Assembly: GCA_963787975.1 (NCBI GenBank)
Contig: CAWBEU010000010.1
Span: forward strand, 27,272 to 91,271
Origin: an uncultured Thermoplasmata archaeon
GTDB lineage: Archaea; Thermoplasmatota; Thermoplasmata; Lutacidiplasmatales; UBA184
Direction: 5' to 3'
Length of the DNA stretch: 64,000 nt
Within the stretch, counting starts at the first letter, position 1, and each line of letters starts with the position of its first letter. Of the stretch, positions 26,975 through 35,194 are shown piece after piece. The translations under genes were made by a program, and so were the position numbers. Under the pieces are notes generated by a model. The model did no database searches, had not been told where the DNA came from, and saw nothing but the letters and a program-made list of their open reading frames with translations.

Positions 26975-27860
26975 ATTGGGCCGCCCGCTCGAGCCGAGCA
27001 ATCAGATAGTCGTCGAACAGGTCCGCCGAGCGGAGGAACGTGGATTGGACGTCCTCGATACGACCCGCCGGGGTGGCGAACTGATCGACGAGGGCGAGCG
27101 CCTCGTCCGAGTGTCCCACGTCCGCCTCGTAGCCCTCTCGGAGAAACGCCTTGGTGGCCCCGGTGACTTCCGAGCCCGAAAGGATGCCCGGGTCGAAGTA
27201 GCGAATGGATGCCCCCTCCTTCACGAGGTCCCGGTTGGCGATGAGCTCCAGGCTGTGCATCGCCGCCATCGCCTCCACCCAGTGCTCTCCGGTGGCGATC
27301 CGATTCCATTCCTGGATCGCGACCGCCGTCGACGGGAGAGGAGGGGTTCGGAGTACCTGGTCCCGCTGGACCCCGAGGCTCTCCCCCATCTGGAGCAGAA
27401 GTTCGTAGTGGGAGGGCGTCGGCGTTCCGAACCCGCCAAACTCTGTGTTGAGGTTGTCGAGCTCATACCGGGCCACCTCGGGCTCGTCCGTTCGTGCCAT
27501 GATGTAGGCGCACGAACGCACCCATTGGCGGAGGAAGTGCTGATGCTCGAAGACGTAGCCGAGGAGGGTGGCGCGCGACGGATGCTGGAGCGCAGCGGGG
27601 AACGGGTGGGGGGGCTGGCCGTAGAACTTCGCGATGAATCGAGCCCTGATCCACGCGGACACCGGAGCCGAGCCGAGGTCAAAGAAGCGCCGGAGTCGGC
27701 CCTCCAACTCGGCGGGCGTCGATTTCTTCCTCGTGATGTTCTGGTTCAACCACCGTACGTGTGCGGCGTCGCTCGCATCGGCGCGTTCGACCAGGTGGTG
27801 GCTCAACGCGTCGTAGTCTCCCGGCGAATTGGGGGCCAAACACGCAGGGCATTTTGTCAT
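26964..27860 (-). CDS. Heme-oxygenase-like (iron-containing redox enzyme / PqqC-TenA-like) protein with N-terminal CxxC
   Basis: ORF 26964..27884; ATG 27860 is preceded by GAGGT. An all-helical protein with LLGYVFEHQHFLRQW, ELDNLNTEFG, and HSLELIANRD ... REGYEADVGH, consistent with the 7-helix heme-oxygenase-like fold with conserved Glu/His ligand positions. Confidence 0.55.
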   Translation of the reverse strand: MTKCPACLAPNSPGDYDALSHHLVERADASDAAHVRWLNQNITRKKSTPAELEGRLRRFFDLGSAPVSAWIRARFIAKFYGQPPHPFPAALQHPSRATLLGYVFEHQHFLRQWVRSCAYIMARTDEPEVARYELDNLNTEFGGFGTPTPSHYELLLQMGESLGVQRDQVLRTPPLPSTAVAIQEWNRIATGEHWVEAMAAMHSLELIANRDLVKEGASIRYFDPGILSGSEVTGATKAFLREGYEADVGHSDEALALVDQFATPAGRIEDVQSTFLRSADLFDDYLIARLERAAQFES

Positions 27861-27880
27861 TCGGGACCTCGAATTAGAGC

Positions 27881-28099
27881 TCAAAAGGGAAAGTCGGCGG
27901 GGAGGCGCGCCCGCAGGCGTTGGTACTCGGGATCAGCGGCGGCAAATCGTTCGCGCATCTGACGCAAGGTCTCCTTCACGTCCTCGGGGGTCCGGTGGCG
28001 GCTATCCGCGACCATCTCGATCGTTCGTTCGAAATCCGCGTGGCACGCCTCGAAGCAGTTTCCCATGCCCGTGAGCAATTCGCGCTCGCGTGGATTCAC
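27881..28099 (-). CDS. Small helical protein, first gene of the heme-oxygenase-like operon
   Basis: 72-aa ORF (MNPRERELLTGMGNCFEACHADFERTIEMV...). Its stop abuts the next gene. No family recognised. Confidence 0.4.
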   Translation of the reverse strand: MNPRERELLTGMGNCFEACHADFERTIEMVADSRHRTPEDVKETLRQMRERFAAADPEYQRLRARLPADFPF

Positions 28100-28249
28100 G
28101 CCCGGGGGAGACGCCGCCCTCCCTAAAACGGTGTTATGGGTCAGCTCCGGGGCGACTGGGCAAAGCCGTCATACCCTCCGCGTGAGGGAGAACGGCCTCG
28201 GAACGATTCATTAAGCCAAGAGCCTCTCGGGCGCCGGGAGGAACCAGCG

Positions 28250-29590
<1,341 letters not shown>

Positions 29591-29627
29591 TTGCGGCGGG
29601 CGCGGCCGCCCCCCGCGGGATGGCCGT

Positions 29628-29915
29628 CTACGACTGGACGGTGATTGTCCCGGAGCGGCCCATAGACACCTGGAGCTTGCCCCGGAAGTCCTTGACCCAG
29701 CCGTCCGTGATCTTGACCTTCTGACCTTTGGAATACTTCTTGATGTCATCCCCCCAGAGGGTGAGGGTAATCGTGCCGGTCTCGTCCTCCAGGGTGGCGT
29801 CGGCCACCTTGGACGGCCCCCGGGAAGTCGTCACATCACGGGGCTCAGAGATGGCCGTGATAGTGGCTTCGATCGTCGCGTTGGCGTTGGCTCGAAGGGA
29901 AGAGATACCTGCCAT
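29628..29915 (-). CDS. OB-fold nucleic-acid-binding protein (SSB/RPA-like single OB)
   Basis: Within ORF 29628..30137; ATG 29915. IEATITAISEPRDVTTSRGPSKVADATLEDETGTITLTLWGDDI...GQKVKITDGWVKDFRGKLQVSMGRSGTI follows the typical OB-fold tRNA/helicase-type pattern. Confidence 0.5.
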   Translation of the reverse strand: MAGISSLRANANATIEATITAISEPRDVTTSRGPSKVADATLEDETGTITLTLWGDDIKKYSKGQKVKITDGWVKDFRGKLQVSMGRSGTITVQS

Positions 29916-30042
29916 GGCGGGGGAGGCCAATCCGGTCGTGGTTAAGTTTATTGCGCCCCCCCAGGAACCTGTCTCCAGGCGTCCCGCAGGGTCCGGAGCG
30001 TGTGCCTTGCCGTCGCCTTCCAGTCCGAGTCTGGCCATCGAG

Positions 30043-30684
30043 TCAAGGAGGGGGCGGCGGACCGCCCATCGCCCTTTCCTTGAGTCCCCGAAGCCAGCTT
30101 TCGTGTCCTTCGAACATCCGACCGGGGCGTGTCGCATGGTCGAGGCGGGCCAGACTTCCGTACTGAGACTCTTCCGTCAGGACATGGGAGCCGGCGGGGG
30201 TCGGTGTGATCAACCAGGCATGATAGACATCCACGCCCGGCCCTCGGGCGCTCCACGCGAGCCGCTCGGGCGGAACGAACTCCTCCACCTTCGACCGCAG
30301 CGGGGCGCTGAAGGTCCGCCAGCGGAACTCGGTTCCTGGGCCGAGGTCGGCTCCGCCCCCGACGATCTGCATATGGGATGCATTGGAGTACCATGTCGGC
30401 CAGAGCACCGCCCGGACGAGCCAAGGCCAGACCTGGGCGGGCGGCACCGGAACGTCGATCTCGTTCCGGACGTGGACCGGTGCCCGGTCGGGCGCGAACC
30501 TCTCTGGCCACCGAATCGTCGGGGGGTCCTTCACGGTCGGGCTGGATGCAGAACCGCCAGATAAGTCATCACCCGCTTGGAGCGGTGTCACCTCCGCCGA
30601 GCGCTTCCTTCCCAGACCGGGCGCGGCGGCTGATTCACCGCGCCGGACGGCCGGAGGAATCGAAGGTATCCTCCGAGGATCCAC
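30043..30684 (-). CDS. SRPBCC (polyketide cyclase/START-like) domain protein
   Basis: VHVRNEIDVPVPPAQVWPWLV...WPTWYSN...FRWRTFSAPLRSKVEEFVPPERLAWSA...HAWLITP...SHVLTEE. The start is uncertain (ATG 30684 or GTG 30534). Confidence 0.55.
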   Translation of the reverse strand: MDPRRIPSIPPAVRRGESAAAPGLGRKRSAEVTPLQAGDDLSGGSASSPTVKDPPTIRWPERFAPDRAPVHVRNEIDVPVPPAQVWPWLVRAVLWPTWYSNASHMQIVGGGADLGPGTEFRWRTFSAPLRSKVEEFVPPERLAWSARGPGVDVYHAWLITPTPAGSHVLTEESQYGSLARLDHATRPGRMFEGHESWLRGLKERAMGGPPPPP

Positions 30685-30949
30685 GCCGGCGACCTCGTCG
30701 GAGGAGCGCCCAGATCACCAGGAACAGTGCGGCTAGGGTCGCTCCGCCGATCAGCGCCCACCCGTCTAGGGCGGGCAAGCCGAGGATCCGGGTACTCGAG
30801 TCCTGGAGATGTTCCGAAGTCTCCACAAGCGACGTGCCAATCCAGACTATCCCGCTCGAGACAAGGGCCGGCGCGAGTAAGTGACCCGGAAGACCCTGCT
30901 TGGCCGCTGGTCGGGGGCTCGCTGCGCTCGCCCGAATGAACTGAGACAT
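30635..30949 (-). CDS. Small membrane protein (two hydrophobic segments), hypothetical
   Basis: 104-aa ORF with LLAPALVSSGIVWIGTSLV and GWALIGGATLAALFLVIWALL followed by RRGRRRG. It overlaps the SRPBCC ORF by 50 nt in another frame. Confidence 0.3.
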   Translation of the reverse strand: MSQFIRASAASPRPAAKQGLPGHLLAPALVSSGIVWIGTSLVETSEHLQDSSTRILGLPALDGWALIGGATLAALFLVIWALLRRGRRRGSSEDTFDSSGRPAR

Positions 30950-31377
30950 CGTAAGGGAGGCGGGATCCCGCGGGCGCTCGCGGGGTAGGCAGGCGGATAA
31001 ATGCGTATTGACCCTTGTCCCATATCAACCTTCGGAACGACCAGGCGCCCGGGCCTGGGGGGCACGCGGAGATGCTCGACCCTGTGCCGGCGCCTAGGTA
31101 TTTATCCCCATGCGTGCGTATTGATGGGCGTAGGGGACGTCGCATCGACGCAAACCTCTACGGGGGAAACTACGAGGATGGAGGGTTTCGGTTCTTTTTC
31201 CGTTCGTCGGGTGGGGAACCCTTCGCTCTCCTCTACTTTTAGTCACTCTGGACGGGTCGACCCCGTCTGGGAGACGGACGTTGTGTCTGTCGGCCGTGCC
31301 CGGGAAATCGGCTGGCGCCAGGTCTGCCGCGGTGTTGCCGCACCCGGTAGACGTCCCGGGGATCGGCAAGGCGGACC

Positions 31378-32298
31378 GTGGAGATCAGCGACCTAATCCT
31401 TCCCCTCGGGGCCGTCGGGAGTCTCGCCGTCGCTCTGTATGTGGGCTGGAAATTCTACCATAGGTACTATCAGGCCGTTCCTCCGAACCGCGCTCTGGTC
31501 CTCTACGGTGGCTCTCGTTCCCACGGTCCTTCCTCCACGAACCAGTCGGTGGACCTGAGGCTCCCTCGGATCGTGGTGGGCGGAGGCGTGTTCGTCCCGC
31601 CGTGGCGGCAAGGGTCGGACCTCCTTTCCCTCAGCCCGCTGGACGCGGACGCCCGGGTAATCTTCGCCGGAACGGACCCTACGGAGACGCCGTGGGAGGT
31701 TCGCTTGGCGGTCCAGGTCAAGATCCCTGTCGACCCTCGAATGCTCTCGACGGCGGCCGAGAATCTACTCGGTCGTAGTGAGCCGGAGATCCGGGCCCTG
31801 GTCGTCCGCACAGTCGAGGCCATCGCGCCGGCAGTGGCCCTCCGGGAGCTTTCGAACGACCCGGGAGCCGGCTGGGATCGGTTGGCCGCCGAAATCCAGG
31901 CCGCGGTCGCTCCGGAACTCGTCGCGATGGGATTGGAGATCCGGACGCTCTCGGTGACTCAGCTGCGGCACCTCTCAACGCAGGAGCGAACTGACGTCTC
32001 GGCGGTGGGAGCTCCCCACATGTCTCGGGACCTGCTCTGGGCGTCGGGTGACCTCGGGGTACGGCTACGGGGCGTCGAGACCCGTCTGGACCGAACCGAG
32101 CGAAGCCTGGGGCTCCTCGGTGCCGAAGTGATGCGACAGGGGAAGGACAGTTCGCAGTTCCCGGAGCTTCCGGCGTTACAGCCTTACGATTCGACGGGGG
32201 ACGAGCGCTCGTCTCGGCCCTCCATCCGCGGCTCGCGAGGAGCCGCGGGAGGGGGAGTCGGCGGGGCCACCCGACCTCTGTTGGATGCAGAAGGGTAA
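31378..32298 (+). CDS. SPFH/Band-7 (flotillin-like) membrane protein
   Basis: GTG start; N-terminal TM helix LILPLGAVGSLAVALYVGW, then YQAVPPNRALVLYGG and an SPFH-like core (VRLAVQVKIPVDPRML...AENLLGRSEPEIRALVVRTVEAIAPAVALRE...). The C-terminal part is helical. Confidence 0.6.
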   Translation: MEISDLILPLGAVGSLAVALYVGWKFYHRYYQAVPPNRALVLYGGSRSHGPSSTNQSVDLRLPRIVVGGGVFVPPWRQGSDLLSLSPLDADARVIFAGTDPTETPWEVRLAVQVKIPVDPRMLSTAAENLLGRSEPEIRALVVRTVEAIAPAVALRELSNDPGAGWDRLAAEIQAAVAPELVAMGLEIRTLSVTQLRHLSTQERTDVSAVGAPHMSRDLLWASGDLGVRLRGVETRLDRTERSLGLLGAEVMRQGKDSSQFPELPALQPYDSTGDERSSRPSIRGSRGAAGGGVGGATRPLLDAEG

Positions 32299-33328
32299 GA
32301 GGAAAACCATGTGCCCAGCAGCGATTTTGGGGGACAGAGCTTGCGGAAAGACGACCTTCCTGGGACTGCTCTACGCAGCCCAGGTCAAGTACGGTACTCG
32401 GGTGGTGGACTCGTTCCGGTTCCACGCCCCGTTGCAGTCGCTCCGCTTGATGAGCCAGGTCTACGAGGGAATGAAGGACGCCCGCTTCCCGGGCGCGACG
32501 CTCAAGGACGAAATGACCGAAATCGGCTTCGTTTTCGGCTACAGGAAGGCGCTCTCCGGCCGACTACCGGCGGTGCTGAAAGAGAAGAACTGGGTCAACC
32601 CGTTCGCCAAGCTCCAGTTCGCGGCCTACGATGTCTCCGGCGAGGACGTGCAGGAATTCATCGAAACCGGCGTCGCGGCGAGCCCGATCATTCAGCAGCT
32701 CATGAAGAGCCACATCGTTGTCGTGCTGGTCGACTGCAGCAAGATGACGACGGAGATCGACTCTCCGCTGTTCCGCCAGATGCTGAAGTACGACAGCGAG
32801 GTCGCGTCCCTGCTCGTCTCGCTCCAAACCTACAAGCGCCAGGAATTCTCGCGCATGAAGGCCCAGGGACTGAGTGCGGGAAACCCCGTGATCTACCCCG
32901 CGATGGTCCTGTCCAAGTTCGACTCGATCCGCGACGAGGTGCTCGTGAAACTGGGACTCCACCGCGGAGTGCCTGCGGGCGACCAAAAGCGCAAGCGGAA
33001 GGAGTACGCGGAGGCGTTGCTCCGGGTCTTCATGCCACAGAGCCTCTCCCAGATCCGCGGAGGGAAGGTCGCCGGGGTCAACTTTGACCAGGCCGCCTAC
33101 TTCTTCAGCTGGGTCCGGACCGAGACCGTCGAAGCCGGCATGCAGCCCGTCGGGGCGCCCCGCATCGTCCGCAAGGGCTTCTCCGCCGACGGCGGAGCGG
33201 AGCCGGACTTCTCGTACGACGACTACGTCGCGTTCATCGAGCACTTCCGCGACGTGGCGAACAAAGTGCCAGACGAGATCGTCGAGCAGGCGACGCTCCA
33301 GCCCGCCCCCGCAGCGGCGCCCGCGTGA
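32285..33328 (+). CDS. P-loop GTPase, Arf/Sar-like motifs, uncharacterised family
   Basis: G1 ILGDRACGKTTFLGLLY (Lys codon AAG at 32348-32350), G3 AAYDVSGEDV (compare Arf WDVGGQD), and G4 VLSKFD. An alternative start, ATG 32309, follows AGAGGAAAA. Paralogue of 34257..35189. Confidence 0.65.
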   Translation: MQKGKRKTMCPAAILGDRACGKTTFLGLLYAAQVKYGTRVVDSFRFHAPLQSLRLMSQVYEGMKDARFPGATLKDEMTEIGFVFGYRKALSGRLPAVLKEKNWVNPFAKLQFAAYDVSGEDVQEFIETGVAASPIIQQLMKSHIVVVLVDCSKMTTEIDSPLFRQMLKYDSEVASLLVSLQTYKRQEFSRMKAQGLSAGNPVIYPAMVLSKFDSIRDEVLVKLGLHRGVPAGDQKRKRKEYAEALLRVFMPQSLSQIRGGKVAGVNFDQAAYFFSWVRTETVEAGMQPVGAPRIVRKGFSADGGAEPDFSYDDYVAFIEHFRDVANKVPDEIVEQATLQPAPAAAPA

Positions 33329-34194
33329 AGGGCGGACGCGCGATGACCGACGCACAACTGGAGGGTCTCCTCGTGGAGAGCCCGGAGGAGGTCCTCCAAC
33401 TCGAGCACTGGATCTATGGAGCCAGTCCCGAGAAGGGCTACGGGACGAAGGCCGAGTCGATGGGACTCAATGGGCCGCTGTATCAGCGCTACCTGGGGAG
33501 TCATATGACACCGGTCCGGGTGGAGAAGACGGCGAGCGGATCGACAGTGATCGATGCCCGCATGATCCACCCTGCTCCCGCCAACGACGAGGTCTTGCTG
33601 TCCATCCTCGGGCGCGGCGTGGCCGATGAGTACAACCGCCCAACAATCCAGAACCACACGGTTGTGTTGCCCGGGAAGCTGCTTCGCGCCGGTAGGCTAT
33701 CGTTCACAATGGCCGAGGGCGCCATCCTGGACTACGACCGACGGGTACCCAAGGCGAGTGGCCGCATCGAGCCGCTCTCGCTACGCCTGCCGCCCGAGAG
33801 TGCGCCACGAGAGAACCCAGGGACGGGCATCCGACGCTTTATCACGAAGGCCGCGGTCGACACGCTGGTCAGTCGGTTCCTGGCCGATGGGCACGGGAGG
33901 ACCCTTCTCCTCTGCCGCGGCAGCACTCACCAGTATCGCAACGAGCTCCTCTACAAGCTAGTGGAGCTGCTGAGCGCCGGCGGGGAGATTCCTCAGTTCA
34001 CCGCCATCAGCGATGCGCCTACGCTGAGCGCGATGAATCACTTCCGACTCGCTATCTCCTCGCGCGGAGTTCGGGCGGATGGGACCTGGACCCTGCTTGA
34101 CGCCAGCATCGACCGAGCGACGCTCCAGCCGATCCGCGGACGTGCCCCGGTTTACTCAAGAGTGGCCGAGGCGTTTGGGAACGTGAGCCCTTGA
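33325..34194 (+). CDS. Hypothetical protein with GAP1-N-like N-terminus (GTPase-associated)
   Basis: GTG 33325 overlaps the preceding stop (GTGA); ATG 33343 is an alternative. The N-terminus LQLEHWIYGASPEKGYGTKAESMGL resembles the hQLHYTS..G..G.Q.kA.S.G signature I recall for GAP1 N-terminal domains. The rest is unassigned. Confidence 0.45.
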   Translation: MKGGRAMTDAQLEGLLVESPEEVLQLEHWIYGASPEKGYGTKAESMGLNGPLYQRYLGSHMTPVRVEKTASGSTVIDARMIHPAPANDEVLLSILGRGVADEYNRPTIQNHTVVLPGKLLRAGRLSFTMAEGAILDYDRRVPKASGRIEPLSLRLPPESAPRENPGTGIRRFITKAAVDTLVSRFLADGHGRTLLLCRGSTHQYRNELLYKLVELLSAGGEIPQFTAISDAPTLSAMNHFRLAISSRGVRADGTWTLLDASIDRATLQPIRGRAPVYSRVAEAFGNVSP

Positions 34195-34256
34195 TGCGGG
34201 TCGCCCGGGGTCCCCCAGGGTCCACCCCACCGGCGTGATCGCGGGCGAGGAGATCG

Positions 34257-35189
34257 ATGGCCTCCGCGCTCGTCCTCGGTGAGCGGGGCTGCGGCCTCAC
34301 GACGTTCGTCGGGCTCCTCTACACTGCCCAGGTCCGTCTCGGAACGGAGAACGCGGATGAGTTTCGTTTTCACGCCGAACGCGAATCCATCCAGCAGATG
34401 GAGGCGGTCTACGGCGAGCTCGGCGCCGGCCGATTTCCGGCGGCCGACATCGATTGGGAGCAACATCCCCTGTCCTTCGTGTTCGGCTTCCGGAGGGGGC
34501 ACATCGCTTGGTTCGCCGGCGGGGGCGCGTCCGGCGAGCAGGGGTTCTCGACCGTCCGGTTCCAGGTGGGGGGCATGCCGGCGGACGTGGTCCACGAGTT
34601 GCGGGACCACGACGCCATCTTGGATCGCACTACCCTGAATCTCCTGCGGAGTCCGATTCAGATCCCTATCGTGGATGGCGCATGGCTGGTCCCGGACCGC
34701 TCGAGCATCGCGGGGTTGCCGCTCGCACGGTACGATCAGCACTTGGCCGCGACTCTCGACCTGCTTCGGAAGTTCCTCGCGGCGGACCGGGACCGGCGCG
34801 CCCGCCAGATGTTTCCCCTCTTCGTCGTGACGAAATTCGACCGAGTCCGAGAGGAGACGCTCAAGGCGCTCGGAGCCCCCGAGGGCGCCCCGGGAGATTG
34901 GACACCCGAGGCCCGACGAGCGGTGGGAACAAGGATCCTCGAAGGATACTTGCCGGCCACGGCCGCCTTCCTGGCCCGGGCCACAAAGGACGGTGTCCGG
35001 CTCGCGGAGCCCGGCTGGTACTTCAGCGGTCTTCGGACGGAGGAGAGGGGCGACGAGATCAGGATTCTCCGACGGCGAATATCCCCGGTCAGCGGCTGGG
35101 AGCCGGAGTACCCCTTCGAAGAGTACCGCGGAATGCTTGCTCGGATCGGAGAGCTTGCGGGACGGCTCCCCGCCGAGCCGATCGAGTAG
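34257..35189 (+). CDS. Pseudo-GTPase paralogue of 32285..33328 (Walker-A Lys replaced by Leu)
   Basis: The ATG is preceded by GAGGAG. VLGERGCGLTTFVGLLYTAQVRLGT..FRFHA aligns residue for residue with ILGDRACGKTTFLGLLYAAQVKYGT..FRFHA. The G1 Lys is Leu (CTC at 34296-34298), G3 is FQVGGMPADV (Asp lost), and G4 VVTKFD is retained. Confidence 0.6.
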   Translation: MASALVLGERGCGLTTFVGLLYTAQVRLGTENADEFRFHAERESIQQMEAVYGELGAGRFPAADIDWEQHPLSFVFGFRRGHIAWFAGGGASGEQGFSTVRFQVGGMPADVVHELRDHDAILDRTTLNLLRSPIQIPIVDGAWLVPDRSSIAGLPLARYDQHLAATLDLLRKFLAADRDRRARQMFPLFVVTKFDRVREETLKALGAPEGAPGDWTPEARRAVGTRILEGYLPATAAFLARATKDGVRLAEPGWYFSGLRTEERGDEIRILRRRISPVSGWEPEYPFEEYRGMLARIGELAGRLPAEPIE

Positions 35190-35194
35190 AGCGG

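Noticed and set aside
31110-31200. Possible C/D-box sRNA (TTGATGG resembling a C box) in the spacer upstream of the SPFH gene.
   Set aside because: The C-box match is imperfect (GAUGG, not GAUGA). No CUGA D box lies at the right distance, and I could not form a terminal stem.
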